Below, in pieces: positions 13,030 to 24,300 of a stretch of 64,000 nt of DNA. Origin of the DNA: the human T2T-CHM13v2.0 reference genome, Homo sapiens; the NCBI RefSeq assembly GCF_009914755.1, contig NC_060940.1; one strand, written 5' to 3'. The number at the start of each line of letters is the position of its first letter. Within the stretch, counting starts at the first letter, position 1. A program made the translations under genes and the position numbers. The notes below the pieces were generated by a model. It was not told the DNA's origin, made no database searches, and saw only the letters and a program-made list of their open reading frames with translations.

Positions 13030-13230
13030 GGCCACCAATTTTATCTTGAAATCAGCATGGGATTGAGGGGTAGTGACATTTCAGGAAGTGGAAAAAGTGT
13101 GTGCAAAGGCAAAAGGAGGTATTTAGGGAATTATGAAAAAGTCATTGACTGAAGTACAGGTTGGGAGGAGAATAGACTGAAGAAGCAAAGAAATGCACAC
13201 TTTGAAAGGGCCTCATGAATGATACCATAG
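13030..13230 (-). mobile_element. L2 fragment
   Basis: catttcaggaagtggaaaaagtgtgtgcaaaggc...gactgaagtacag. Confidence 0.55.
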
Positions 13231-14164
13231 GAGGCCATTCAAGGTGTTCACATACTTGACTGCTTAATTTCTTATTATCTACATGTGCATAAGCAAATGA
13301 TGGATGGTTATCAAGTGCTTTTATGTCCAATATCCAGTTGAATTCTCATGTCACTATGTAATAGCCATAGCAAAGGATTTTGCAGATTGGAGAAGAGATA
13401 CTGAGGGTATGACATCACTTGGATAATCTCACTCAAATAGGAAGTGACAGGTCTGAGAATAATACTTGGGTGTGTTAATACGCAGCCTCATTATTAGTGA
13501 GAATTGCCTTAGATTCAAGTGAAAGTAAAGCTAAGTTACATTAAATGTATCAAAAACAAGCTACATAAAGGTTTTACAAAATCCAATAAAATTTCATCTA
13601 AAAGTTTGGACACCTAAAACAACTGGAATAAAGGTCTTGAATGGCACTAAATTAATTTCTGTCTCTTAAAGTCACATTTGTCTCTTAAAGTCACATTATT
13701 TTTTCTCTGCAGATACTGCTTCACGTGCTGGGAAATATGATGATTGACAATTTTTTAAGTTTTCTGTTGAATACTTTCAACTATGAGAGGACAATTCCTG
13801 CAAAGCTTTCTCGACTCTCATGTTAAAACAATTTTTTTTAAAGGCCTGTGGCCAGGAGCTCGATTCTAGACCAATAAAATCGAATGTAATATGGGGTGGT
13901 AAAGTTACACCACATTCACATGTGAATGAAGGAAAAGACAAAACAAATCTCAGAGGTGTCCACAAAAGAGTCAGTTTTTACTTTGTAAAGTTATCATTTA
14001 TTAAGTAAAAAGTGGTGTGGTGACTTTATTAATACCATGTCATAGCTTTAAACTACAATAGTGAGCTACAAGTATTTCTGTTCCCAAGCTAAGCTATAAT
14101 TACCTACTGCAGTCTGTGAGACTTTTAGTCATCATTTTTCACCCTTGGAAAATTCTAAGATTAG

Positions 14165-14560
14165 TGTGATATGATAGTACAGTTTTTTCAGCCATCAAAA
14201 AGACTTTGGTTCCATGTATTTCTTAGTCACTAAGTTGGCAGTTTTACCGTATACACATCTTTGAACCTATCTGAGCCTACGGTTTCCAAGCCAGTAAAAT
14301 AGAAATGATAATGCCACCTTGCAAGGATGTCAAGATAATTAGACACAATTTAGTCTCCCTATAAAACAAAATTAGTAATAACACCAACCAACCAAAACTA
14401 AAACTTGAATCAATTAAATGTGAGGTCCATTAATGTAAGTATCTTTCCTACCTTAGTTATCGTTGTATTGCAGTGCCTGACATGTAATTGAGGCTCAATA
14501 AATACTTATTAGGAATACAAATATTTAAATAATTGAATAAGTAATTAAATGAGTAGGTTG
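14165..14560 (+). mobile_element. MIR followed by an L2 3' end
   Basis: ctatctgagcctacggtttcc...gtaaaatagaaatgataatgccacc; cagtgcctgacatgtaattgaggctcaataaatactt. Confidence 0.65.
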
Positions 14561-15900
14561 GATAACTGATACAAGAAATTTAATAATACATGATAATCCG
14601 AATAATCATTTCTCTGCATGCAAATCAGACAAATCAATTATAAATATGTCAAACCATGGAAAACAAGTTAATTTGAAACTTTAAACAGATTTCAAAACTA
14701 TTGGTAATGCTGAAGTGTATTGGCCATTGGTAATTAATACAGACCTTTAGATTTCAAAATGTGAAAAATAAAAACTTTATGTTTTTTATGTAATTACGCA
14801 GAACTAAATTTCACAAAACTATGAGAAATTGAAAGGTATCAACCCACTGACAACAATAAAGTATTGAATCTTGAGAACCTATATCGGACTCAAAAGTGAT
14901 TGGGCTTTTGTTGAGAAAACTCTGATATAGGTGTTGTTGTCATTCAGAATAAAAAAAAATGAAGAGCTACTTTATACTGTCTTTATGGTGTCATTTTATC
15001 TGTTATATAAATCCCCTTTCAATAACTTCAGGGCACAAAAAATCTGTTATACTGCCTTTTCTGAGTTATAGAGTATAATCTAGAACTCTATAAATGTTGA
15101 ATCCAGAAGTAGCAGCTGTGTTATCTGAAATATTGGTTTATTTCCTTTTTACAACTTTGGCATTGATAATAGTTACTGTAATACAGTAATGGCCTCTTCT
15201 CCTTTTACCATATTTCACACTATTTATTTATTTATTTAGCCTCACATTCTCTGCTTTCCAGATAAAATAACTCTTCCCCCTATTTTGGTTGTTTTTTGGT
15301 GGTCTGTCTTTGTCGTATACTTTGTTTGGAGGCTGTATACTATGATATTGCGTATCTGAGACCACATGTCTCTTCTTGGAACAATTCATCTTCACAGTCA
15401 TGTTAGGAAATGTGCTTTTTTCTTGCCTCTAAATCCTACTGGAACAATTTTAACCCAGAATGATTTGTGTTATGAAAGCCCACAAGGAGATTTATAGGAC
15501 CTCCTTCACCAGACAGTTGTGTCAGGCATTTAGGTGCACTGCACTGAGTACTGGGAAGAATGCCATTCAGAAGTACAAATGCCTGCTTCCACCCCTAGCC
15601 TCACCTTCAGGAAGCCATGGACTAGCCCAGCTGATTAGGCCTACTTTAATGAATTTCCAGGGTTCCAGAGTTTCTCAGATGTACCTCAAGTGTCTACGTA
15701 TAGGGTAATGGGGAACATGTATGTGTTGATTTATGTCTCTGCACCCCTGCCTAAAGTAAACAATCTCTATTTTATTGACCTTACACAGTTCCAATTCACA
15801 TAAAACTTTATTGGCGCAAAGTATTTGTCAAATTTTAATATTCATAGATTGAAAATAAGACAGAAAATAACAGATTCTGGATTATTATATCTTAGGGATC

Positions 15901-16560
15901 TGAATGGTTATGATAGGTTATGATCCATCTTGGCTGGCTTTGAACAGTCTAGACCAGTCTTGACCAGTTATGACTGGCTTTGATTGAACATGACCAGCTG
16001 GGACCACCTCTGATGGGTCTAGACAGGACATGATTGGCTTTGACAGGCCATGAATGATTTATGAGAGACTGATTAGTCTAGACTGATTATGACCAGTTTT
16101 GCTCAGTTATGGTTGACTGGCTGGTCTAGATCAGCTACACATAAATATAATTGGTTTTGACTGCTCTACACCAGTTATAAATAGCTATGGCCATCTTAGA
16201 CTGGTAATGACCAGTTATGAGTGGCTTTGATCAGTCTAGATTGTTGATGATCAGCTTTGACCTATTATGTCTGGCTCTGGTTGGTCCAGTTAATTGACAA
16301 CCGGTTATGATAATCTTTGACTGATCTAGACCAGTTATGACTTGCTTTCAAAGGCTATGAGTGTTTCTGAGAAATCTAGACCAGTTATGACTGGCTTTGA
16401 CTAGTCTTGACTGGTTATGACCAGCTTCGACCAGTCTAGAGCTGTTAAGACTGGTTATGACCGGCCTTGACTGGCTCTGATTGATTTTGATTGGCCATGA
16501 CTGGCTTTGACCCACCAACTGGCTTTGAGCAATCTTTGCCATTCATGAGCAGCTTTGGCT
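15901..16560. repeat. Degenerate 10-bp-period tandem array (~65 units) with a 30-bp higher-order unit
   Basis: Recurrent CCAGTTATGA / CTGGCTTTGA / CCAGTCTAGA blocks; register held for hundreds of bp. Confidence 0.93.
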
Positions 16561-17854
16561 TGTCCTGAACTCATACTCTATGTATATTATATACTACTTA
16601 GGAAACACTTGATATGCCTTCTTCAATCAGTTTTCAAAGATTTTTAGTTAGAAACTAGGCAAAGATGAGCAGTTAAGAGAAGGGAAAGGAGAGATTTTCT
16701 GAACAATGTCCAGAGTCAACACCTTGAACTGGAATGTTGAAAAAAAAAAAAAAAACACCTGCATCTGCATATCACAAACTATATGCCAGGGAGCATTCAC
16801 ATGCACTAAGCACCTTCTCACTAGCTTCCCTATTTCTCTTCACCAATTAGTGATAGGAATAAGTGTAATGCACTTTCTTGCTTTTTTGAAGGGGTAGCTC
16901 TAAAGCACATTCTCTAATGCTTCCCTGAATTTTCCAATGGAATAGAGCCCCAGTTGCCTTTAATACTCATCTGTGCCTCTCTGTGCTCCTGAATTATTTT
17001 CTTCCTCTTGTTTGCCATTTATCTACTCCCTTCTGGTGTGTCCTGTTATCATTTCCAACTAAACTACCTGTTCTTTCTCATACTGATTCCAGAGTCTTGT
17101 TTTTGAGGCACCTTTAATGTAAGATAACCAGTTGCTAAATGATGCCATTGTCTCTCAAATCTAGCTTCTTATAATTCCAGAGTCTATGGTTTGTCAGTTC
17201 TTCATGCTGTTGTCTGTACATGGAAAATGCAGATAGCCTAGTAGAGTGTTTATGTATTTTTAGGCAAGTGGAATTTTCCCATAATTGTAACTTTAATTTT
17301 AAATTGGTTTCCATCAATTAACACTTTTTAAAAAATAAGGTGTTATTCATGAAAGCACATGTGCGTTTATTAAAAACAATTGAATTTGACAATGTTCACA
17401 GGTAGGTTTTCTATTGCTGCTTCTTGCAGCAAGAGATGGGGAAGTTCTCTGTGACCTTCTGGAATATCTGCAGAGGTTATTGCTCAACAGGCATGATCTC
17501 CTATCTGAGAAACCTGACTGTGCAGAGGAAGATTGTGTAGGTCTCTTTGATAAGGTGGGCTGTGTGGAGTGATTGGTTTACCATATGGAGTAAACTACAA
17601 TAGAAGCCACAAGAAAAAAACCCAAGGAGTTTTGTAACTGGCCAACTATAATGTATTGTAAACCCTTTTCTCAGGCGATTTGATTTGAGCTAAACTGGGG
17701 CCATTCCTGAGAAAGAGTTCAGTTTGAAAAAAAGAGCAGCTACAGGCCTAAAATTGAATGGATAAACACAGTTAGAAAAATTGCTAAGCACACTGTTATA
17801 TAGAAATATTTTTCCTGAACCAAGGAAATCACTTAACCATGTGGGATTTTTAAG

Positions 17855-18160
17855 TTATTTTAAAATAATTACTTTTCAATAGTAAAAGTAATATAACTAT
17901 GCTGAAAATTTTAGAAGAGTAGAGACAATATAATTCCTGATCCCATGAGTTTTACACACAAAGTAAAGTAAGTGTTACCATTAGCATTTAGGTGTATTTG
18001 TGGGACAATGTAAAATTTATATGAATGTAATTTATGTTATATTCTATGTGAGTTTTTCAATCCTTTTATTTTAATCATTTTAAATTGTTATTATTCATTT
18101 ATTTGGATGCCCTAAAAACTTTCACTAATCCCAGCCCCTATAATTGGACACACATCTCAT
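17855..18160 (-). mobile_element. Probable L1ME 3' fragment
   Basis: AT-rich; aaaagtaatata...gaaaattttagaa...ttagcatttaggtgtat pattern. Confidence 0.35.
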
Positions 18161-18223
18161 AAATATAGCTTAATTATCAGAGGAAAGGCTAAGTAAACAA
18201 TAACAAAAATGTCCTTCTCCTCT

Positions 18224-18242
18224 TGTGTGTGTGTGTGTGTGT
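18224..18242. repeat. (TG)n microsatellite
   Basis: Read directly from the sequence. Confidence 0.9.
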
Positions 18243-18579
18243 TTAAATCATTGTGTTCCTAATAACATAGGACACAAATTTGGGTTCACTCCATATATCA
18301 TGGGTTAATGTTGTATAGTGTCTAACATAGTCTGCAGTTCACAGTAAGGGTTAAGTAAATATGAACAACTCTTAGGTTCTCATCTCACCCATTTCAAGTT
18401 TTAAATACAATTAAAATTTAACTTAACATGTAACACAGAGATAATATGGAGCTGGCATAGAAACAAATACATTTAAAAGTATGATGATAGGCCAAAAATA
18501 AAATAACTTGAGGGTGAAAGCATGAGAAATAAAGAGAATAATTACCCCTACTTTAAAAGGGAGGTTTAAAAAGAAAAGC

Positions 18580-18937
18580 TGTATTAGTCCATTTTCATGC
18601 TGCTGATAAAGACATGCCTGAGACTCGGCAATTTACAAAAGAAAGAGGTTTAACAGAATTACAGTTCCACAGGGCTAGGGAGGTCTCACAATCATGGTGG
18701 AAGGCAAGGGGGAGCAAGTCATTTCTTAAGTGGATGGCAACAGGCAAAGAGAGACAATTTGTGCAGGGGAACTCCTCTTCATAAAATCATCAGATCTTGT
18801 GAGACTTATTCACTATCGTGAGAACAGCATGGGAAAGACTTGCCCCTATGATTCAATTACCTCCCACTGTGTCCCTCCCACAACACATGGGAATTCAAGA
18901 TGAGATTTGGATGTGGATACAGACCCAAACCATATCA
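18580..18937 (-). mobile_element. THE1B-type MaLR LTR
   Basis: tgtattagtccattttcatgctgctgataaagac...ccaaaccatatca is a complete antisense THE1 LTR. Confidence 0.95.
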
Positions 18938-20330
18938 TTCTGCCCCGGCCCCTGCCAAATCTCAAGTCCTCACATTTCAAAAGCAATCATGCCTTCCTAA
19001 CCATCCCCAAAAGTCTTAACTCATTCCAGTATTAACTCAAAAGCCCACAGTCCAACGTCTCATCTGAGACAAATGCCTTCCACCTATGAGCCTGTAAAAT
19101 CAAAAGCAACTTAGTTACTTCCTAGATACAGTAGGAGTACATGCATTGGGTAAATACAACCATTCCAAATGGGAAAAACTGGCAAAACAAAGGGGCTACA
19201 ATCCCCATGCAAGTCTGAAATCCAGTGGGGCAGTCAAATCTTTAAGTTCCAAAATGATCTCCTTTCATTTCATGTCTCACATCCAGGTCATGTTGATGCA
19301 AGAGGTGGGTTCCCACGGTCTTCGGAAACTCTGCCCTGTGGCTTTGCAGGGTACAGCCTCCCTCTTGGCTGCCTTTATGGGCTGGCATTGAATGTCTGCA
19401 GCTTTTCCAGTCGCAAGGTGCAAGCTGTCAGTGGATCTACCATTCTGGGTCTGGAGAATGGTCGCCCTCTTCTCACAACTCCACTAGGCAGTGCCCCAGT
19501 AGGGACTTTGTGTGGGACCGTAGGCCCCACATTTTCCTTCTGCACTGCCCTAGCGGTTCTCCATGAGGGCCCCACCTCTGCAGCAAACTTCTGCCTGGGC
19601 ATCCAAGCATTTCCATACATCCTCTGAAATCTAGGCAAAGGTTCTCAAACCCCAATTCTCAACTTCTGTGCACTTGCAGGCTCAACACCACATGGAAGCT
19701 GCCAAGGATTGGGGCTTGCACCCTCTTAAGCCATGGCCTGAGCTCTACATTGGCCCCTTTCAGCCATGGCTGGAGCAGCTGCAATGCAGGGCACCAACTC
19801 CCTAGGCTGCACACAGCATGGGGACCCTGGGCCCAGCCCTCAAAACCACTTTTTCCTCCTAGGCCTCTGGGCCTATGATGGCAGAGGCTGATGTGAAGGT
19901 CTCTGACATGCCCTGGAGACATTTTCCCCATTGTCTTGGGGATTAACATTCAGTTCCACGTTACTTATGCACATTTCTGCAGCTGGCTTGAATTTCTCCT
20001 CAGAAAATGGGATTTTCTTTTTTATCACATTGTAAGACTGCAAATTTTCCAAACTTTTGTGCTCTGCTTTTTGTCTAAAACTGAATGCCTTTAACTGCAC
20101 CTAAGTCACTTCTTGAATGCCTTCCTGCTTACAAATTTCTTTCACCAGATACACTAAATCATCTCTCTGAAGTTCAAAGTTCCACAAATCTCTAGCACAG
20201 GGGCAAAATGCAGCCAATCTCTTTGCTACAACGTAACAAGAGTCACCTTTACTTCAGTTCCCAACACGTTCCTCATCTCCATCTGAGACCATATCAGTCT
20301 GAATTTCACTGTCCATATCATTATCAGCAT
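18938..20330 (-). mobile_element. THE1 internal region, truncated (second LTR absent)
   Basis: ttctgccccggcccctgccaaatctc...gtccatatcattatcagcat matches THE1-int, then similarity stops abruptly. Confidence 0.93.
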
Positions 20331-20390
20331 ATATTATACATATTATATACTCTCTCTAGATGTAGATACATATATTATATGCTCTCTCTC

Positions 20391-20428
<38 letters not shown>

Positions 20429-20442
20429 TGTATATATATATA
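20331..20442. repeat. Mixed TA/CT/TG microsatellite
   Basis: Read directly from the sequence. Confidence 0.9.
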
Positions 20443-22114
20443 AAGGGCCAGCATCTTCAGAGACTATTGTGGTAGTTCACAAGTAAACACATTGATGTCC
20501 TTTTAATTTATTCATGACTTATTTTCTATTTCACCTTTTATTTTTATTGGATTTTTAATACTAGCACATAGAATACATAATACTGTAGAATGAGGTTTAT
20601 ATTTTATTCTATATATTTTGTGGGCTGAAGTATCTTTCTTCTCAAATCTCAATAAGCTTCTTAGAAAACATGATGAAATCATGGAAAACTTACTGTTTCT
20701 GATATTGGTTGCTTCAGCAACCTTAATAATTTTCTGTAAAACGTCATGAGAGTTAAACATTTAAATGCTTCAAAATTAACACTGGTCTAGAACAAATTAC
20801 AAATAAAATTCATCAGAACGTTCTTGTAAATTAAGTTTCTTATATTTTACTCTGGTTGTGTTTTTGTTGAGGCTTTTACAGATTAAACAAAAAAAATTAG
20901 TAAATATTCAAATTGGGAAAGGATCTTTTAGAGCATGTGCTGAATCCTCTACAGTTACCAATGACACCAGTGAGGCCCAGATTGAGCAAGAGACTGTCTT
21001 TCCAAAGGGTTCACAGCACATCTGGTCCTCAAATGTATGTCTTTCCATTCTTAACCATTAAATTTATGTCTTTCTATCCTTAACCCCTTCTAAAGTCCAC
21101 TTTATCTGACTCTCTCTCGAAAATAATATATCAGGAAGAGGGGAATATTATTTTTGCAAATAATATTTTAAGCCTTCCTAGGGAATGTATACAGGCACAG
21201 AACCATGTACAAACATAAAGGGCTGACCTCCTAACTGTTGAAAACATCATATCTCAGTGATGTTTATTAATTATTAGTACATTTTGTAAATATGCTATGG
21301 TTCAGATGTCAACTTTTGATGTTCTTTCTCTCTGAGGATGTTTGAGAAGAAAATGAATTATTTAAATTTTTATGTATGTATCATGAACTTTATTACTATC
21401 ACACACAAAACATATAACAAACATATTATTTAGTGTTATGATCCCGAAATTTCCTTCACATTTCCCCTTGGGGCAAGTGATTAATATTTCACTGTGTCTG
21501 GTATTTTATTCTTTACCCTGAAAACTGAGGTACATCTTTAAATGAAACCAGGTAAAACACTAGAGCTGTAAGTCAGTAAACGGAAGACAAACTCTCACCA
21601 TGAAACACTAGGGGAAAATAATTACATCACATCAGCTGTGGAAGAAATCTCTTTTAGCCTCTGACTTTTTATGAAAACAAATGGCAGTGGTAAAAGATCA
21701 GGAATCACCATTGTAAACCCATTTGAACAGGAGTAAAAAGAGTTGGTGTTTAACCTGAGCCAAGGCTTTTATTCCAGCCTGTCAACAGGACACACAGATG
21801 GCCCTGTGGGTTTCATGGTAGCTCAGATCAGAGAGAATCAGTGTCAAACCACACAGAAATGTGCAGATATCCTCAGGCTCACACACAAGCACTGGTATAG
21901 TAAAAAATAGTAGTGCCTTGGCACAGTTCAAGGATGAGACTATTAAGTTAGGCAATGACTAACTTCCCCTTAGTTTTTTGTGTTTTGCGTTTTGCATTTT
22001 TAAAACCTAAATATTTGGAACTCCCCTATGCTCTACTTCGCCAAAAGTATGAATGACACCAAATTCCATCGTATTCACAGGCATCACTCCTCACCATGAC
22101 TCAGGAGACCTTTT

Positions 22115-22235
22115 GAGATTCTCTTCTGCCTTTTTTTTTTTCTGTGCAACAGGTAGTGAAATTCTTTTTTATTTACCCTGCTACAGACAGTTTTATTTTT
22201 CTCAGCTTAAGATTTTTAAACATCTAGGCTTCATG
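22115..22235 (+). repeat. Copy A of a ~120-bp local direct duplication
   Basis: Aligns by eye at roughly 85% with 22914-23033. Confidence 0.9.
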
Positions 22236-22439
22236 TGAGTATGTGACACCATTTTTTTCTTAGAAGGCTTGGAAGTGTCTTTGGTTTGACAAAAAAATAA
22301 ATGGTAGACATTGGCAGGAGGCAGGATGAAAGGGGGAAATAATTCCAATTGAGACTGAATCACATTTTTCAAATGTCTCAGAGAAGGGAATGGGATAAGC
22401 CATTAAAAAAGATCGCTTCATGTATGGAGAAATTTACCA

Positions 22440-22590
22440 GTAAAATATTACTATCCTTCCATTTAACAAATGAAACAAAAAAAAATAGGGCAATTGCATG
22501 TTGAGCAGTTGAGTAACTTCCCAGGCCCCCATATAGCCAGTGAGTGGGAAGCTACAATTCCTGCTCTGTCCTCTTACCACTACATTTGCT
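22440..22590 (-). mobile_element. MIR
   Basis: attactatccttccatttaacaaatga...gagtaacttcccagg...atagccagtgagtgg. Confidence 0.6.
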
Positions 22591-22834
22591 AATGGCAAGG
22601 TCTGAATGAAATTTAAATGTTACATCTCTTCCATGACTCATAAAATGCCTAGTGTCTGGATAGGTTGATTTACTGTGTGTGGCCAGAAAAGAATCTACAG
22701 TATAATAGACTATAAAAAATGCAACTATTAAAAATGACCATATGTTCTCATTTTACAGGTGAGGAAATGGAAAAAGAGAGGAGAAATGACTGTCAATTAA
22801 TCATTACTAGAATTTATTGAATTCAGCCCTGGTT

Positions 22835-23300
22835 ATATCATTCTCCTTCTTAATATTACTTAATTGCTTCCCACTGAACTTAAAAAAAATTCCAAACCCC
22901 TCGTCATGACTTAGAGATACTTTTCTGCCTTTTCTTCTTCTGCGCAACAGGTAGTTGAGTTATCTTTTATTTACCCTGCTACAGAAAGTTTTATTTTTCT
23001 CAGTTTAAAATTTTTAAACATCTGTGCTTCGTGACTAAACTTATTTTCCTCTATCCTTCCTTGCAAGCATAGTTCTAGACCAACACCTATTTATAAGTTA
23101 GAGTTAATCTTGCATGCCTTTCCTAGGTTAAACAAAATTGCCTGCCTGTGTTATGTTATAACATCACTTGTACTTTTTTGCACTTGCCAAAGTTGAAATT
23201 AGTTAATTATATTTTTAAATGTACTTTTAACCATATTCTCTTCTAGATTATAAACTTCATGAGGGTATGGATTACAACAATATATATTGAATGAATGAAA
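22835..23300 (+). mobile_element. L2 fragment interrupted by duplication copy B
   Basis: gcttcccactgaacttaaaaaaaattccaaacccct...ctagattataaacttcatgaggg...tgaatgaatgaa. Confidence 0.65.
22914..23033 (+). repeat. Copy B of the ~120-bp duplication
   Basis: See copy A; flanked by TCATGACTTA / TCGTGACTAA. Confidence 0.9.
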
Positions 23301-23331
23301 GTAGAATCAAGACTATCAGGACATCTCATCA

Positions 23332-23965
23332 TATACACTGCTGGTGGAGGTGTAAATTAGTTCAGCCATTGTGGGAAGCAGTGTGGCAGTTCTTCAAAGA
23401 ACTAAAAACAGAATTGCCATGTGACTCAGAAATCCCATTGTTGGGTATATATCCAAAGGAATCTACCATAAAGATACATGCACGTGTACATTCATTGCAG
23501 TGCTATTCAATAGCAAAGACACGGAGTCAACCTAAATGCCCATCAATGGTTGACCTGATAAAGAAAATGTAGTACATATACACCAGGAAATACTTTGCAG
23601 CCATAAAAAAGTATTAGATTATGCCCTCTGCAGCAACATGAATGGAGCTGAAGGCCATTACTCTCAGCAAACTAATGCAGGAACAGAAAACCAAGCACCC
23701 CATGTTCTCATTTACAAGTGAGAGATGAACAATAAGAACATATGGACACAAACAGGAGAACAATGGACACTAGGACCTACTTGATGGTGGAGGATGGGAG
23801 GTGGGAGAGGATCAGAAAAAAATACCTCTCAGGTACTGTGCTGAGTACTTGGTTGATGAAGTAATATGTATACCATACCCCCGTGACATGAGTTTACCTA
23901 CATAACAAACTCAGGCATGACCCCTTGAACTTTAAATAAAAGTAAAATAAAAAAACACACAAAAC
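23332..23965 (+). mobile_element. L1PA (PA15/16-like) 3' end
   Basis: ORF2 C-terminal remnant HCWWRCKLVQPLW...IPLLGIYP; 3'UTR gagaggatcagaaaaa...ccccgtgacatgagtttacc; A-rich tail. Confidence 0.92.
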
Positions 23966-23969
23966 AAAA

Positions 23970-24300
23970 GACAATATGGATGAACCTAGTGGACATTATG
24001 CCAAGTGAAATAAACTAGGCACAGAAAGACAAATACACATGATCTCACTTATGTGTGGAATCTAACACAGTAGAAATCATAGATACAGACAGTAGAGTGG
24101 TAGTTATCAGCAGCTGGGAGGTGGGGAAAATGGGGAGATTTTGATCAAAGGGTACACAATTGCAGTTAGACAGGGGAACACATTAGTATTTAAGGTAATG
24201 GATATGTTAATTAGCTTGATTCAATCATTACACACTGTATACATACATCGTAACATCACTCTGTACCCCATAATTACATATGATTACAATTTCTTAACAA
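23970..24300 (+). mobile_element. L1MA 3' end with internal deletion
   Basis: atggatgaacctagtggacattatg...ggatatgttaattagcttgatt...gtaccccataa. Confidence 0.88.

Noticed and set aside
15901-16560. CRISPR-like array, or repeat-protein CDS (ORF 16348-16542, SRLVKASHNW-type decapeptides)
   Set aside because: There are no unique spacers and the context is eukaryotic. The peptide periodicity follows from the 30-bp unit, and the frame is short and bounded by stops.
18818-20100. Overlapping ORFs up to 152 aa
   Set aside because: All lie in THE1 LTR or internal sequence, with no intact retroviral protein motifs.
23309-23980. Possible TSD for the L1PA (aagactatcagga / aagacaatatgga)
   Set aside because: It is only a 10/13 match, offset from the L1 5' end, and the right copy is explained by the adjacent L1MA consensus.
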